A stretch of DNA of 64,000 nucleotides from Mustelus asterias (Eukaryota), in NCBI RefSeq assembly GCF_964213995.1, contig NW_027590119.1, forward strand, positions 1,612,001 to 1,676,000, written 5' to 3'. A program made the position numbers and the translations under genes. This document shows positions 1-13,626 of the stretch, in pieces; the first letter of the stretch is position 1, and each line of letters starts with the position of its first letter. The notes under the pieces are model-generated. The model saw only the letters and a program-made list of their open reading frames with translations. It had not been told where the DNA came from and ran no database searches.

Positions 1-925
1 TGACCTCTTGTGGCAACCATTTCAGCCCTGGGTAAAAGCCTCTGAGAATCCACTCTATCAATACCTCTCAACATCTTATACACATCTATCAGGTCACCTC
101 TCATCCTTCGCTTCTCCAAGGAGAAAAGACCTAGCTCGCTCAACCTATCCTCATAAGGCATGCCACCTAACCCAGGCAACATTCTTGTAAATCTCCTCTG
201 CACCCTTTCTGTGGCTTCCACATCCTTTCTGTAATGAGGCGACCAGAACTGGGCACAGTACTCCTCCAAGTGGGGTCTGACCAGGGTCCTATACAGCTGC
301 AGCATTATCTCCCGATTTCTAAACTCAATTCCTCTATTGATGAAGGCCAGTATTCCATACGCCTTCTTAACCACAGCCTCGACCTGCGATGCTGCTTTGA
401 GTGTCCTATGAACCCAGACCCCAAGATCCTTCTGATCTTCCACACTGCCAAGCGTCTTACCATTAATATTATATTCTTTCATCCTACTCGGCCTGCCAAA
501 ATGAACCACCACACACTTATCTGGGTTGAAGACCATCTGCCACTTCTCCACCCAGTCTTGCATCTTATCTATGCCTCGTTGCAACTGCTGACATCCCTCT
601 ACACTATCCACAACACCACCAACCTTTGTGTCATCAGCAAACTTGCCAACCCATCCTTCCACTTCCTCATCCAGGTCATTTATAAAAATCACAAAGAGCA
701 AGGGTCCCAGAACAGATCCCTGGGGCACTCCACTGGTGACCGACCTCCATACTGAAAAAGACCCATCTACAACCACTCTTTGCCTTCTGTGGGCAAGCCA
801 GTTCTGAATCCACAAAGCAATGTCCCCTTGTATCCCATGCCCCTTCACTTTCTCAATAAGCCTTGCATGGGGCACCTTATCAAACACCTTGCTGAAATAC
901 ATATAAACTACATCTACCGCTCTTC
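1..925 (-). mobile_element. CR1-type LINE, RT C-terminal fragment
   Basis: Reverse strand reads as the CR1 ORF2 3' part (GSVLGP..., FADDTK, YCAQFWSP-like motifs), homologous to the other CR1 pieces in the window. Confidence 0.8.
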
Positions 926-969
926 CCTCGTAACATATCTCTCTCCCATACAAATTTACTGGTAAAACG

Positions 970-1695
970 GAATTGTGAACATTGGGTAAGAGGCTCCCCT
1001 ATTAGCCAGATAAACTGAGGGAACTAAAAGATGTCAATGTCTCTGAGAGAGAAAGAAAAATATACCTGGGCCTAGTCCTGTTCCTGAATCCGGTCTTCAT
1101 CTGTAACCTTTCCAGAGTCTGCAGCCTCCCTGGATTCACTTCCTTTCCCTTCAGTTGCTGCAAGTCCCCAATTTCCCCCAGAATGAGAAAAGAAATGGAA
1201 AGGGGGAAACATTGATTTCCTCCCAGATGTTACACAGAGGCGGAAGTTTCAATCATTGGCCAATTTCCGCATTGTGACGGCACAATTGAGCTTAGCCTGA
1301 ATTAGCCAATAGGAATAAGTCTGTTCCGATGTGACGTGCTGTGGTTTCAGTGCGCAGGCCCGGGCGCGCGGACCCGGGAGCCCCGCCCCCTCCCATTGAT
1401 TCCCCTCCTCCTGCACCTCCTCCAGCCAAGGTTTCCAGGCAACCGGCTGATGGCTCCGGCCAGAGCGAGAAGCCGCTCGGTGATTTCCCCCCTCTCTCTC
1501 CGGCGGCTGCGGCTCCAAAAAGAGACCTCTCTCTGCGCCTGCTCCGGACAGCTGGGCTCAGCAGCGCTCTCTGCGCCTGCGTGCTGGGCTGCCAGCTGAG
1601 GGAGTGGGGGAGGGGACTTTGCAAAATCTCTTCCCATCATTTTCTTCCCAGTCCCGCAGTTTGATTTGAAACAGCACAGCTTCTGTTTTTAGCTT
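970..1695. promoter_or_regulatory. CpG-rich ZNF promoter/first-exon block; inverted paralog of 36700-37585
   Basis: Long near-identical reverse-complement match to 36700-37585; CCAAT boxes at ~1256 and ~1305, GC-rich core, minus-strand splice donor near 1064. Confidence 0.75.
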
Positions 1696-2540
<845 letters not shown>

Positions 2541-2569
2541 AGTGATCTTTTGGATGCTCTGACTGTGGC

Positions 2570-3255
2570 TGTTAATTATATCAATAGAGGTGAAGTTTAT
2601 TCAGATGGAGGGCACTGATTAGATAGTTATAATGAGCGGGTAAAAGGTGGGACTCACTAATATAACTTGGAGTCAGAGTTGAACCTGTAATGTTTGATTC
2701 TGTGAACAAATCTAGACCAAATAAAGATTGACTCCACCCCAAGGCAGTCAGGATTATAACATGGTAACAGAAAATGCTTGTCTATTGGTGAAGGTTGGAA
2801 ACTAAAAGAAAGTATATTTCAGACAGAAGCTTCCAATCGCAGCAGCTTTTGTGAGAAATGACTGAAAGGCAGTGGGAATTGTCAGGGTCTGATTACCTGC
2901 TGATGCTCTCGGAGTCTGAACCATACAACCAGTGGAAGAATGAAGTGGCGATGTGGACACGGGTTACATCCCGATCAAGGAGGAAACAAGATCTGGCCTT
3001 GGCATTGTCACTTCCTAACACAAGGAAAATCAGCAACAAAGCATTTTCTGATCAGCCAAACTGCAAGTTGATACCTGCACTGGCACGGATGATTCATGTA
3101 AAGAATTCACTTCAGGTGGTTGGAGGGTAGAATCCCTGTCAATTGGTCTATGGGAGAAATCCCTAATTCCCCTCTGTGCCGGGCGATCGCCCTCCTGCTT
3201 TAAAGGTATACAATTAGTTCCATTTTCAGTCATCAATTATCTGATTGTTCCATGA
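2570..3255 (+). mobile_element. Internally deleted Copia-type LTR element (LTR, PBS, gag start fused to integrase C-terminus)
   Basis: LTR-like 2570-2761 ending AACA, PBS-like TGGTAACAGAAAATG, gag-like ORF 2858-3040 joined directly to sequence matching 32330-32500. Confidence 0.65.
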
Positions 3256-3256
3256 A

Positions 3257-3495
3257 AATCATAGAAGAATCATAGAAACCCTACAGTGCGGAAGGAGGCC
3301 ATTCGGCCCATCGAGTCTGCACCGACCACAATCCCACCCAGGCCCTCCCCCCACATATTTACTTGCTAATCCCTCTAACCTACGCATCTCAGGACTCTAA
3401 GGGGCAATTTTTAACCTGGCCAATCAACCTAACCCGCACATCTTTGGACTGTGGGAGGAAACTGGAGCACCTGGAGGAAACCCACGCAGACACGG
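3257..3495 (-). mobile_element. HE1/V-SINE-type SINE, 5' truncated
   Basis: V-domain-like core (ccgtgtctgcgtgggtttcctcc) plus CR1-like tail. Confidence 0.8.
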
Positions 3496-5382
3496 TAGAA
3501 CAGTAGAAAAGAATTGCTGAAAGCAACAAATTATTGGAGAGACCAGAAGAGGGTTTCTTCATGTGTAACGTTTGTACTGAAGAAGAAAAAACATATTTTT
3601 CTTCGATTTGTTTTGAAACACTGTTTGTGTGAATCTTTGCGATCCCGGTCAGGACTGTTAATGTTTGCAGAGAAATTCGAACACCCAGTGATTAACTGAA
3701 AGAATTACATCACAAGACTCCACATTTTTAAACAAAAACAAACTTTACTGTATGTTTAAATAAAATTTAAAAAGACAACATTACAAATTGAATACTACAC
3801 TCAATAAAGATTTATGATATAAACCTAGTTCTATTTTTTTACCTCACCCCAAGAGTTTCTTTATACTTAATGATATCTTGAAGGTTCATTCACTTCTGTT
3901 CCTAGGACCATCCCAAAGCTCTCCACAATTCACTTTAATTCTCCCCAGTACTCCAGATATTCTCCAAGCTCCAAGAGTTTATAGGAGTCTATCCATTATC
4001 TTTTCATTAAACAAGCTTCCAATTTTCCTTTAAGCTCTCAAACTGTGGACTCCTCAGTCCAAACATGGGCTTCACTGCATTCTTGCTGAGGGATTTAACC
4101 GTTGGAAACCCCCCTGGTTTCTAATGGTCCTCAAGGCTTCTAGTCCCACAGCTCCTGGTCCCACAACTGGTGGCTTCCAAGCTAACTGCAGACTGTCCGC
4201 TGGAACCAGGTCATTGATTGGAAAGGACTCAAAGGTTCCGGGGAAAAGGCAGGAGAATGAGATTGAGATTTATCAGCCATGATCGAATGGCACAGCAGAT
4301 TCGATGGGCCGAATAGCCTAATTCTGCTCCTATATCTTATGGTCTAATTCTAACCAAGTCTCCACCCTGAATCACATATCCCCGTGGTAACAGAGACCAG
4401 GTGGAATATCTGTCAGATATTTAGCTTCAAAACTAAACCCTTTTTCCCTGAGGTCTGCATGAAGAATTCACCGAACAAAAACAGTACAATAATTGTCAGA
4501 CCCAATGTCTCCAGCTAAAAGATCCAGCTGACCTTTTACAGTTCTTACCTCTCGAGTTTTGACTTCTTAAACCAACATGGGCCATGCTTTGTGACTGCAA
4601 ATTCCCTGAGGGTGTTTTTGTCAGATTCTCAATCCAGGTTTTCCATTTTTTAAAAGCAATTCTTGCAACTAATTCTTATTTCTAAAACATAGGAATTATG
4701 AAATTAGATTTTTGGAACAAAAACAGGAAAAAATGGAAATGTACCACCTTCATAATATCCCATTTAGAATATTACAATATACAACATGCTGTATATCTTA
4801 ACAACAGTCATGATCTTATTGAATGGTGGAGCAGGCTCGAAGGGCCAAATGGCCTCCTCCTGTTCCTAAATCCAATGTTTTCCTGTGTTGATCTATCTTA
4901 TAACCTGCAACAGACACAATAATCCCTCCATTGTCCACTTCACATTCACAAGTCCAGCTTGGTAACAGCACACTGCTGGGTTCCATGTCCAGGAATCTCA
5001 GTCCACTGAAGATGGAAATTACTGCTTGCAGTCTTTTCTGAAAGTTTTCTTTTTACAATAATTATAATCCAAAGTTCCTCCTGCAAAAGGAGAGTCTTCA
5101 TTGCTGTTCATTTGTGAAGTGTCAAGTTCTATTTTGAAAACAATCTGTTCAGAGTTCACATTTTGAAATTTATTTTCTTCCATGTTTGTAGTTCTTCCAT
5201 TGTTTAAATCCAGAGAGAATATTCCACTCAATTCCACATTGAAACTGTCTTCTTCTAGCTCTGTTATAGCTGATTCCTTTATTGTCCAGGACAATATATT
5301 CACAATATCTTTAAAACAGAAATTAAACATTCCCATTTGATTCCAGACAGTAACATATTCTGTTGGTTTGTTCTTTGTCAAT

Positions 5383-5695
5383 GTCAGGCTCGGGTTGTTC
5401 TCCTTGGAGCAAAGGAGGTTGAGGGGAGATTTGATAGAGGTGGACAAGATTCTGACAGGTTTAGATAAGGTGGACAAAGAAAAGCTGTTCCCAGTAGCTG
5501 AAGGGACAAGGACGAGGGGAGACACAGATTTCTTGTTTTGGGTCAGAGATGCAAGGGGTGGGGGGGGGGGGCGGGGGAGATGTGAGGAAGAATATTCTGA
5601 TGCAGCGAATGGTAATGACCTGGAACTCGCTGCCTACAAGGGTGGAGGAAATGGAGACAATAAACAATTAAAAAGGAAATTGGATGGGCATTTGG
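5383..5695 (+). mobile_element. CR1 3' fragment
   Basis: LGLFSLEQRRLRGDLIEV motif. Confidence 0.8.
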
Positions 5696-5999
5696 GATGT
5701 TCCAAACAGAACAAAGAGCAAAGAAAATTTTGCTTTCTTTAAACAAAAAAAAACAAAGAAAATCCATCAAGACACCATTTGACTGAGTGTGGCAGAAAGG
5801 GACCTACACAGGGTTGGAATCGGTGGGAGTTGGGGGGCGGGGGGAACTCTCCACCGGTTGGGGATATACCAGGTACAGATGAGGATGGCTGTGGTTGTTG
5901 GAGGTCAGTCATCACTGCAAGGGTCACTGCAGGGTTCATCTAAAACTCTGCTGGCCATGTTTAAACTCACATTAAGTGTTATTCCACTATCACCCTTGT

Positions 6000-7950
6000 G
6001 CACGATGATCCACCCAGTAAAGCAACAACTTAATATTAAAATTCTCATCTTTGGTTTCAAATCACTCCATGACCTTGCCTGTCCCAATATCTATAATCTC
6101 CGATAAGCCCCACAACCCTCAATATATTACACTGCTCTAATTCTGGTCTTTAGTTTGTCCCTGCCCTTGCTTCACCATTGCAAGCTCTACCTTCAGTTGC
6201 TTAGGCTCCAACCTCTGGAATACCATCCCTACACGTCTCCAACTCTCCACCTCGCTTTTCTCCTTTAACACACCACTTAAAATCGACCACTTTGACCAAA
6301 CTTTTGGTCATCTAACCTAATATCTTCTTTGTGGCTCAATATCATACTTTATTTTACAATGCTCCCTGGATGTTTTATTATTTCAAGGCGCTATATAAAT
6401 ATATTTTGTTGTTCCTCATGTCTCCTGGGCCTAATCATTTTCAGCGGCTTCATTAATTACCGTCTCCCCACCGTAGGGTCGGAAACGGGGATGTTCACTG
6501 ATGATTGCAGTGTATATTACCATTCACAACTCTGAATACTGAAGCTGCCCGCATGCAGCGCAGGACCAGGACAACATTCAGGTTGGAGCTGATTGTCAAT
6601 TCATACTGACACCACATAATTATCAGGAAATATCTATTTCCAGCAAGAAAATCTAACCATCTTCCCTTGATATTCAATGGCATTACCATCAGTGAATGCC
6701 CCACCAGCAATAACTTTGGGGTTACCATTGACCAGTCATTTAAATACTGTGGTTACAGGAGCAGATCAGAGGTTGGGAGTTTTGTGGCAGGTTACTCACT
6801 TAATGATTCCCCAAAGGCTTGCCATGATTCACAAGGTATAAATCAGGAGTAAGGTGGAATATTCCCTACCTGGATGAGTGTACCTGCAACAATTTTGTAG
6901 ATCATATCCAGGACAAAGTAGCTCGCCTGATCAGCATCTCAAATACCACCTTAAACATTCACTCTCCACCATTAGCCCACAATGGTGGCAGTGTATCCAC
7001 ATATTAGATACACTGCAAGAAATCACCAAGGCTGTTTTCACAGCATGTTCCAAACCCTAACTTCTACCACTTGAAAAACAAGTGCAGCCAGCGTATGGGA
7101 ATGCCACCATCTGCAAATTGTACTCCACATCACACACCATTCTGACTTGAAAATCAATCACCATTCCTTCTCTGTCACTGCATCAAATTCCTGGAACTCT
7201 CTAACAGCGTTGTGGGTATACCTACACCAGATGGATTGCCGCGATTCAAGAAAGTGGCTCACTTTCTTCACAAGGGCAATCAGTGATGCACAATGAATGT
7301 TGGCCTTGCAGCCACATTCACATCCCCTGAAAGAATAAAACAAAATCCTCATCCCTGGTATCATTCTCAGCCAATGTACTGCAATTATCAATGAACAGCT
7401 CCGCTTTCGACTTTATGATGGGGGGGAAGGTCATTGGTGGAGCAACTGAGGATGGATGGGCCTCGGACACTACCCTGGGGCTGAGATGATTGGCCTCCAA
7501 CAACCGCGATCATCCTCCTCTGTGCGGGATGTGGTTCTCGCCGGTGGAGAGTTTCCCCCTGATTCCCATTGGCTTCAATGTTAATCGGGTTGCTTGATGC
7601 TACGCAGGGTCAAATGCTGCCTTGATGTCAATGGCAATCACTCCAACATCACCCAGTTCAACTCTTTTGTCCATGTTTGGACAAAGGCTGTAAATGAGGC
7701 AGGAGGTGAGTGGTCCTCGGTGGAACCCAAAATGAGCATCAGTGAGCAGGTTATTGCTGTATAAATGCTGCTTGATCGCACCGTTGGCAACAACATCTTC
7801 CATCATTTTGCTGATGAGCGAGACTCGAGACATTGGAGGGCAGTTGGCCAGTTTGGATTTTTCCTTATCCATTGCCTTCAGCTGCTTATTGATATCCCTT
7901 GAAGTGAATCGAATTGGCTGAAGATGGGCATCTGTGATAGTAGGGACCTC
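6000..7950. mobile_element. Old L2/CR1-clade LINE fragments (+ 6000-6410, + 6420-7340, - 7345-7950)
   Basis: Degenerate RT motifs (MFTDDC; IAIDIKAAFD on the minus strand) and LINE-type 3' tails. Confidence 0.6.
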
Positions 7951-7959
7951 AGGATGGAT

Positions 7960-9060
7960 AATTCATATGGAGAGATTAGAGAAGCTGGAATTGCACTCTA
8001 TAGAGCAGGAAAGGTTAAGGAAAGATTTAATAGAGATATTCAAACTTTTGAGAGGTTTTAGTCCTATTTTCAAGAAGGGGAATAGGGATAGCCCAGGTAA
8101 TTACCGACCAGTGAGTCTAACCTCAGTGGTTAGTAAACTGATGGAGAAGATCCTGAGGGACAGGATATATGAGCATTTAGAGAGGTTTAGTATGCTCAAG
8201 AATATTCAGCATGGCTTTGTCAAGGGCAGATCGTGCCTTACGAGCCTGGTGGAGTTCCCCTCGCACCTTAAACCCATGCCCCGAGTAATTGACTCTTCCA
8301 CCCTGGGAAAAAGCTTTTGACTACCCACTCTGTCCATGCCCCTCATAATTTTGTAGACTTCTATCAGGTCGCCGCTCAACCTCCGTCGTTCCAGTGAGAA
8401 CAAACCAAGTTTCTCCAACCTCTCCTGATAGCTAATGCCCTCCACACCAGGCAACATCCTGATAAATATTTTTCCGTACCCTCTCCAAAGCCTCCACGTC
8501 CTTCTGGTAGTGTGGTGACCAGAATTGAACACTAGATTCCAAGTGCGGTCCAACTAAGGTTCTATAAAGCTGCAACAAGACTTGCCAATTTTTTAACTCA
8601 ATGCCCCGGCCGATGAAGGCAAGCATGCCGTATGCCTTCTTGATTATCTTCTCCACCTGCATTGCCACTTTCAATGACCTGTGTACCTGTACACCCAGAT
8701 GCCTCTGCCTATCAATACTCTGAAGGGTTCTGCCATTTACTGTATATTTCCCATCTGTATTAGACCTTCCAAAATGCATTACCTCACATTTGTCCGGATT
8801 AAACTTCATCTGCCATCTCTCCGCCCAAGTCTCCAACTGCCCTATATCCTGCTGTATCCTCTGCCGGTCCCCATCGCTATCCGCAAATCCACCAACCTTT
8901 GTGTCGTCCACAAACTTACCAATCAAACCAGTTACATTTTCCTCCAAATCATTTATATATATCACAAACAGCAAAAGTCCCAGCACTGATCCCTGAGGAA
9001 CGTCACTTGTCACAGCCCTCCATTCAGAAATGTACCTTTGCACTGCCAACCTCTGTTTTC
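7960..9060. mobile_element. CR1 ORF2 pieces, + strand 7960-8255 then - strand 8256-9060
   Basis: PIFKKG..NYRPVSLTS..QHGF on +; VPQGSVLG..YINDL..FVDDTK on -. Confidence 0.85.
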
Positions 9061-9300
9061 TTCTGACTAAATATCTCTAAACTTCCTAACACCCTGTCAC
9101 TCTGTGATCCTTGTGACATTTGAAACCAGGTATTCACAAAAAGACTCAAAGAGCATCAGCCCACTGGAGGCTGAGACCAGCCAGTCCAGCACAAAGAAAC
9201 CCTCTGACCCTTCCCATTGACCAACTGTGAGAATGAACAAAATGCAATCCTGGATGTAATTGAGAGCAAAAGCAATAACAGCAGAATCCAACCACTGTCA

Positions 9301-9975
9301 TCACTCGTGAACCTGTTGATGTCTCAGCAGCTGGGATGAAACGCTGAAACCCTTCCCACACTGAGAGCAGGTGAACGGCCTCTCCCCAGTGTGAACTTGC
9401 TGGTGCGTCCGCAGGGTGGATAACCGAGTGAATCCCTTCCCACACTGAGAGCAGGTGAATGGCCTCTCCCCAGTGTGAACTTGCTGGTGCGTCCGCAGGG
9501 TGGATAACCGAGTGAATCCCTTCCCACACTGAGAGCAGGTGAATGGCCTCTCCCCAGTGTGAACTAGCTGGTGTGTCCGCAGGGTGCATAACTGAGTGAA
9601 TTCTTGCCCACACTGAGAGCAGGCGAATGGTTTCTCCCCAGTGTGAACTCGTTCGTGTGTCCGCAGGTTGGATGACTGAGTGAATCCCTTCCCACACTGA
9701 GAGCAGGTAAATGGACTCTCCCCAGTGTGAACTCGCTGGTGTCTCTGCAGGTGGGATGACCGAGTGAATCCCTTCCCACACTGAGAGCAGGTGAACGGCT
9801 TCTCCCCTGTGTGACGTAGCTGGTGTGATTGCAGGTGGGATAACTGAGTGAATCCCTTCCCACACTGAGAGCAGATGAACGGCCTCTCCCCAGTGTGGTT
9901 GCGCCGATGAGCTTCCAGCTGAGATGGGGTTCTGCATCCCTTCCCACAGTCCACACATTTCCATGGTTTCTCCAT
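9301..9975 (-). CDS. C2H2 zinc-finger protein, 8 fingers, no effector domain seen
   Basis: Open ORF MEKPWKC... with TGERP linkers; gcaccATGg Kozak at 9975; splice acceptor near 10327. Confidence 0.9.
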   Translation of the reverse strand: MEKPWKCVDCGKGCRTPSQLEAHRRNHTGERPFICSQCGKGFTQLSHLQSHQLRHTGEKPFTCSQCGKGFTRSSHLQRHQRVHTGESPFTCSQCGKGFTQSSNLRTHERVHTGEKPFACSQCGQEFTQLCTLRTHQLVHTGERPFTCSQCGKGFTRLSTLRTHQQVHTGERPFTCSQCGKGFTRLSTLRTHQQVHTGERPFTCSQCGKGFSVSSQLLRHQQVHE

Positions 9976-10439
9976 GGTGCAGGCGTCCTTGCCTCTCTCT
10001 TGGGTGGACAACTAGTTGAAACTTCGTCCACACACAGAACAAGATTACAGTCTCTCCCCGCTGTGAATGGTGTGATATTTATTCAGACTGTGTAACTGGT
10101 TAAAGCTCTTTAGTCAGTGCATTGGAACACTCTCACTCAAGTGTGGCAGTGTGTTGATGCTTTTTCACTCACACTGACATTTCAAATCTCTTCAAATCGA
10201 CAGACTGGACAATCATTTCTCCTTCTGGATTCAAAGTCCGGTGATATTGAGGTCCCAAGGAATACGACTCTGTCAGATCTGGACGTGATGTTTGAGATTT
10301 CGGCCTGTGATTCCTCTTTCAAAATCCTGGAAAATGAGTTTACAAAAGTCATCAGTGTCAGTACAGGATAGAAATTCAGAACAGACAATTTCTATGGAAC
10401 ATTCTTTCCTCTCTCATTCCCCAAAAGCTCTCTCCCCAT

Positions 10440-10628
10440 TCTCAGCAGGTCTGGCAGCATCTGGATGGAGAGAAAAGAACTGAAGTTTCAGAGCTTTGAC
10501 AAAGGGTCATCTAGACAAGAAACATCAGCTCTTTTCTCTCCTTACAGATGCTGCCAGACCTGCTGACATTTTCCAGCATTTTCTCTCTTGGTTTCAGATT
10601 CCAGCATCTGCAGTAATTTGCTTTTATA
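10440..10628. mobile_element. Short inverted-repeat PLE-derived element with degenerate hammerhead
   Basis: cagcaggtctggcagcatctg ... cagatgctgccagacctgctg inverted arms; relatives at ~22700, 32870, 42950 and 51215. Confidence 0.6.
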
Positions 10629-11335
10629 AGGCTGCAGATACCTCCTCCCAAGTAACATTCGTGTGCCCAAGACATCATCACTTGTTTCCCTTATTTCTTT
10701 AGCACCCATGGTGCTCTCCGCAGTAAACACAGAGGAGAAGTATTCATTAAAAATCTCACTCATCTCCTGTGGCTCCACACACAGATGGCCATACTGATTT
10801 TTAAGGGGATCTCTTCTCTCTCTACCCACCCTTTTACTCTTAATATAGCTATAGAACCTCTTGGAATTTTCTCTAATCTTACCTGCCAGATCCATATCAG
10901 ACCCTCTTTTTGTCCTCCTGATTTCCCTCTTCAGTATTTTCTTACACTTTTTATAATCAGAGTGATTCACTTGTCCCCGATTGCCTAAACCCAATGTATG
11001 CTTCCTTCTTTTACCTGACCAGAGCCTCAATATCCCTTGTCTGCCAGAGATCCCTAAATTTACCATTCGTTCCATGCATCTTAACAGGAATATACTGCCC
11101 CATGACTCTTGATATCACACTTTCAAAACCTCCCATTTGCCAGTCATTCCTTTCCCTTCAAAGAAATTCACCTAATCGACATCTACCAGATCCTGCTTAA
11201 TGCCCACAAAAGTGGCCCTGCTCCAGTTTAGGGCCTTGACCTGTGGACCTGTCCTATCTTTTTCCAGAACTATTTTGAAACTATTGGTGCTCCCAACAGT
11301 GCTCCCTGACTGACACTTCAGTTACTTGCCCGACC
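10629..11335 (-). mobile_element. CR1 ORF2 middle fragment
   Basis: KRFYSYIKSKR...FNEYFSSVFT motif. Confidence 0.8.
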
Positions 11336-11509
11336 TCATTTCTTAACTGTCTAATAGAAAGTGAGTCCAGGAATTGATAATGAAAAATAAGGAGCTGGGA
11401 GATTAATTGAACAAGTATTTTGCCTCGGTGTTCACAATAGAGGATACAGTTAAAACTCAGAAACAGCTGTAAATCAGAATAGTAATTAATTAATAATAAT
11501 GAATCATAA

Positions 11510-11808
11510 AATACAGTGTAGGGGGAGGCCATTCAGCCCATCGAGCCTGCACCGACAAAAATCCCATCCAGGCCCTATCCACATATTTACCTGTTAATCC
11601 CCCTGATACCAAGTGGCAATTTATCATGGCCAATCCGTCTAACCGGCACATCTTTGGACTGTGGAAGGGAATCGGAACACCCGGAGAAAACCCACACAGA
11701 CACGGGGAGAATGTAGAAACTCTGCACAGACAGTGACCCGAGGCTGGAATTGAACCCGGGTCCCTGGCGCTGTTAGGCAGCTGCACTAACCACTGTGCCA
11801 CCGGGCCA
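11510..11808 (-). mobile_element. HE1/V-SINE-type SINE
   Basis: tRNA-like head with A/B boxes (tggcacagtgg; ggttcaattcc), V-like core, CR1-like tail. Confidence 0.85.
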
Positions 11809-11857
11809 CATGTCAGTGCCATCGCCCGACTCCAGCCCAGTCTCAGCTCATCTGGAA

Positions 11858-11995
11858 CCCTCACCCATTCCATTGTGACCTCACACCCTCAGCCATTCCA
11901 TTGTGATGTCCCACCCTCACCCATTCCATTGTGACGTCACACCCTCAACCATTCCATTGTGACGTCACACCCTCACCCATTCCATTGTGACGTCA
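11858..11995. repeat. 28-bp minisatellite x5 containing three perfect CRE palindromes
   Basis: TGACGTCA at 11932, 11960 and 11988; unit cacaccctcacccattccattgtgacgt. Confidence 0.9.
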
Positions 11996-11999
11996 GGGC

Positions 12000-12500
12000 T
12001 TCCCTCTCCGATCACAATCCCTGCCGGCCTCCCACATGCAGCCTCAATGGCGGCAGTCAGCCCGGGTCTAACACTACAAGCTGCCGCTCCATTTGGTGCA
12101 AAGGGGAGACCGGGAAGTTCATTTCCGGGGATTGGGTTTGAACAACATGTTTACAAAGTCTCTCCACCCACCCGCCACATTTATCATTCCCCGCACGCTG
12201 CCCTCTACCTCGTATTGATCTCGCTTCCAAGTTAAAACCGTCCGTCCGTCGCCATTACCCGCACTGCGCATGCTTCAGGTCCCGCCCCTCATTCACTCCG
12301 ATTGGTTGGAGGACCGGCCACTCCCGCTCGGTCCTCCAGCACCGCCCCCTGTTCCTATTGGTCCGGAGCTGCCGTCAATCAGTCCCCGGGCATTGTGATG
12401 TGGAGCATGCGCAGTGTCATTGCTGTCCTTGGCGCTTGTTTGTCCCGGAGAAGCGGAGTCAGCGTTAGGCGGTGGCTGGGAGGATTTGGAAACACTTTGT
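12000..12500. promoter_or_regulatory. CpG-rich, probably bidirectional promoter
   Basis: NRF1-like TGCGCATGC (12266) and GCATGCGCA (~12404), GC boxes, ATTGG at 12301 and 12357; lies between divergent ZNF arrays. Confidence 0.7.
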
Positions 12501-12519
12501 GGATCCGCAGGCGGGAAGG

Positions 12520-13626
12520 AGCTCTGAAAAACACCACACTATTCACAGTGTGGAGAAACCATACACATGGTCTGTATGTGGATGAGGCTTCAACTAATCA
12601 TCCAACCTGGAGAGACAGAAGGACAACAGCACCGTGGACAAACCGTGGAAATGTGAGGATTGTGGTAAAGGATTCAATTATCCATCCCAGTTGGAAACCC
12701 ATCGACACGGTCACATTGGGGCTGGGAAAATGGAGAAACCATGGAAATGTGAGGATTGTGGTAAAGGATTCAATTATCCATACTTGCTGTAAAACCATAG
12801 ACACAGTCACACTGGAGAGAGGCCATTCATCTGTTCTGTGTGTGGGAAAGGATTCACTACCTCATCCCACCTGCTGTTACACCAGCGAACTCACACTGAG
12901 GAGAGGCCGTTCAGCTGCTCCACCTGTGGAAAGGGGTTCTCGTGTTCATCCAACCTCAGTGCACATCAGCGAGTTCACACTGGGGAGAGATCGTTCACCT
13001 GCTCTGTGTGTGGGAAGGAGTTTGCTGGGCCATCCGGTCTTTGGTCACACCAGCGAATTCACACAGGAGAGAAGCCATTCACCTGTTCTGTGTGTGGTAA
13101 GAGATTCACTCTGTCATCTAACCTGCTGTCACACCAGTGAGTTCACACAGAGGAGAGACCGTTCAGCTGCACTTCCTGTGGAAAGAGGTTCCGGTCTTCA
13201 TCCAACCTCAGCGCACACAAGCGAGTTCACACTGGGGAAAGGCCGTTCACCTCTTCCACATATGGGAGGGAATTCACCAATTCATCCGGCCTCCTGTCAC
13301 ATCAGCGAATTCACACTGAGGAGAAGCCATTTATTTGCACATACTGTGGAAAGAGTTTCAGGCAGTTGTCAATACTCACTGAACATCAACGCACTCACAC
13401 TGGGGAGAGACCATTCACTTGCTCCATGTTTGGGAAGAGATTCACTCAGTCTGGCAGCCTGCATTTACACGAGCTCACCCACACTGGGGAGAGGCCATTC
13501 ACCTGCTCTGTGTGTGGGAAGGGATACACTCGGTCATCCCACTTGCTGACACATCTGCAAGTTCACAATTGTCAGCAGGAGTTGGATTTTGCTATTACTG
13601 CAGCTGTTAATCACATCCAAGATTGA
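12520..13626 (+). pseudogene. C2H2 zinc-finger pseudogene (~11 finger units)
   Basis: Finger frame interrupted by TAA at ~12789 and TGA at 13138; first finger tandemly duplicated. Confidence 0.8.

Noticed and set aside
1249-1664. Overlapping GC-rich ORFs here and at 36688-37389, 50420-51118 and 56193-56688
   Set aside because: Stop-poor CpG-island sequence with no recognisable domain (except EMC4 exon 1)
8060-9060. Twin-priming inversion of a CR1
   Set aside because: The pieces join 3' end to 3' end and lack a tail, better explained by later inversion/deletion or two insertions
9146-10042. Long alternative-frame ORFs over ZNF exons ([16 protein letters not shown] / [15 protein letters not shown] repeats)
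   Set aside because: Predictable shifted-frame translations of finger repeats, often with non-ATG starts; no independent evidence of coding
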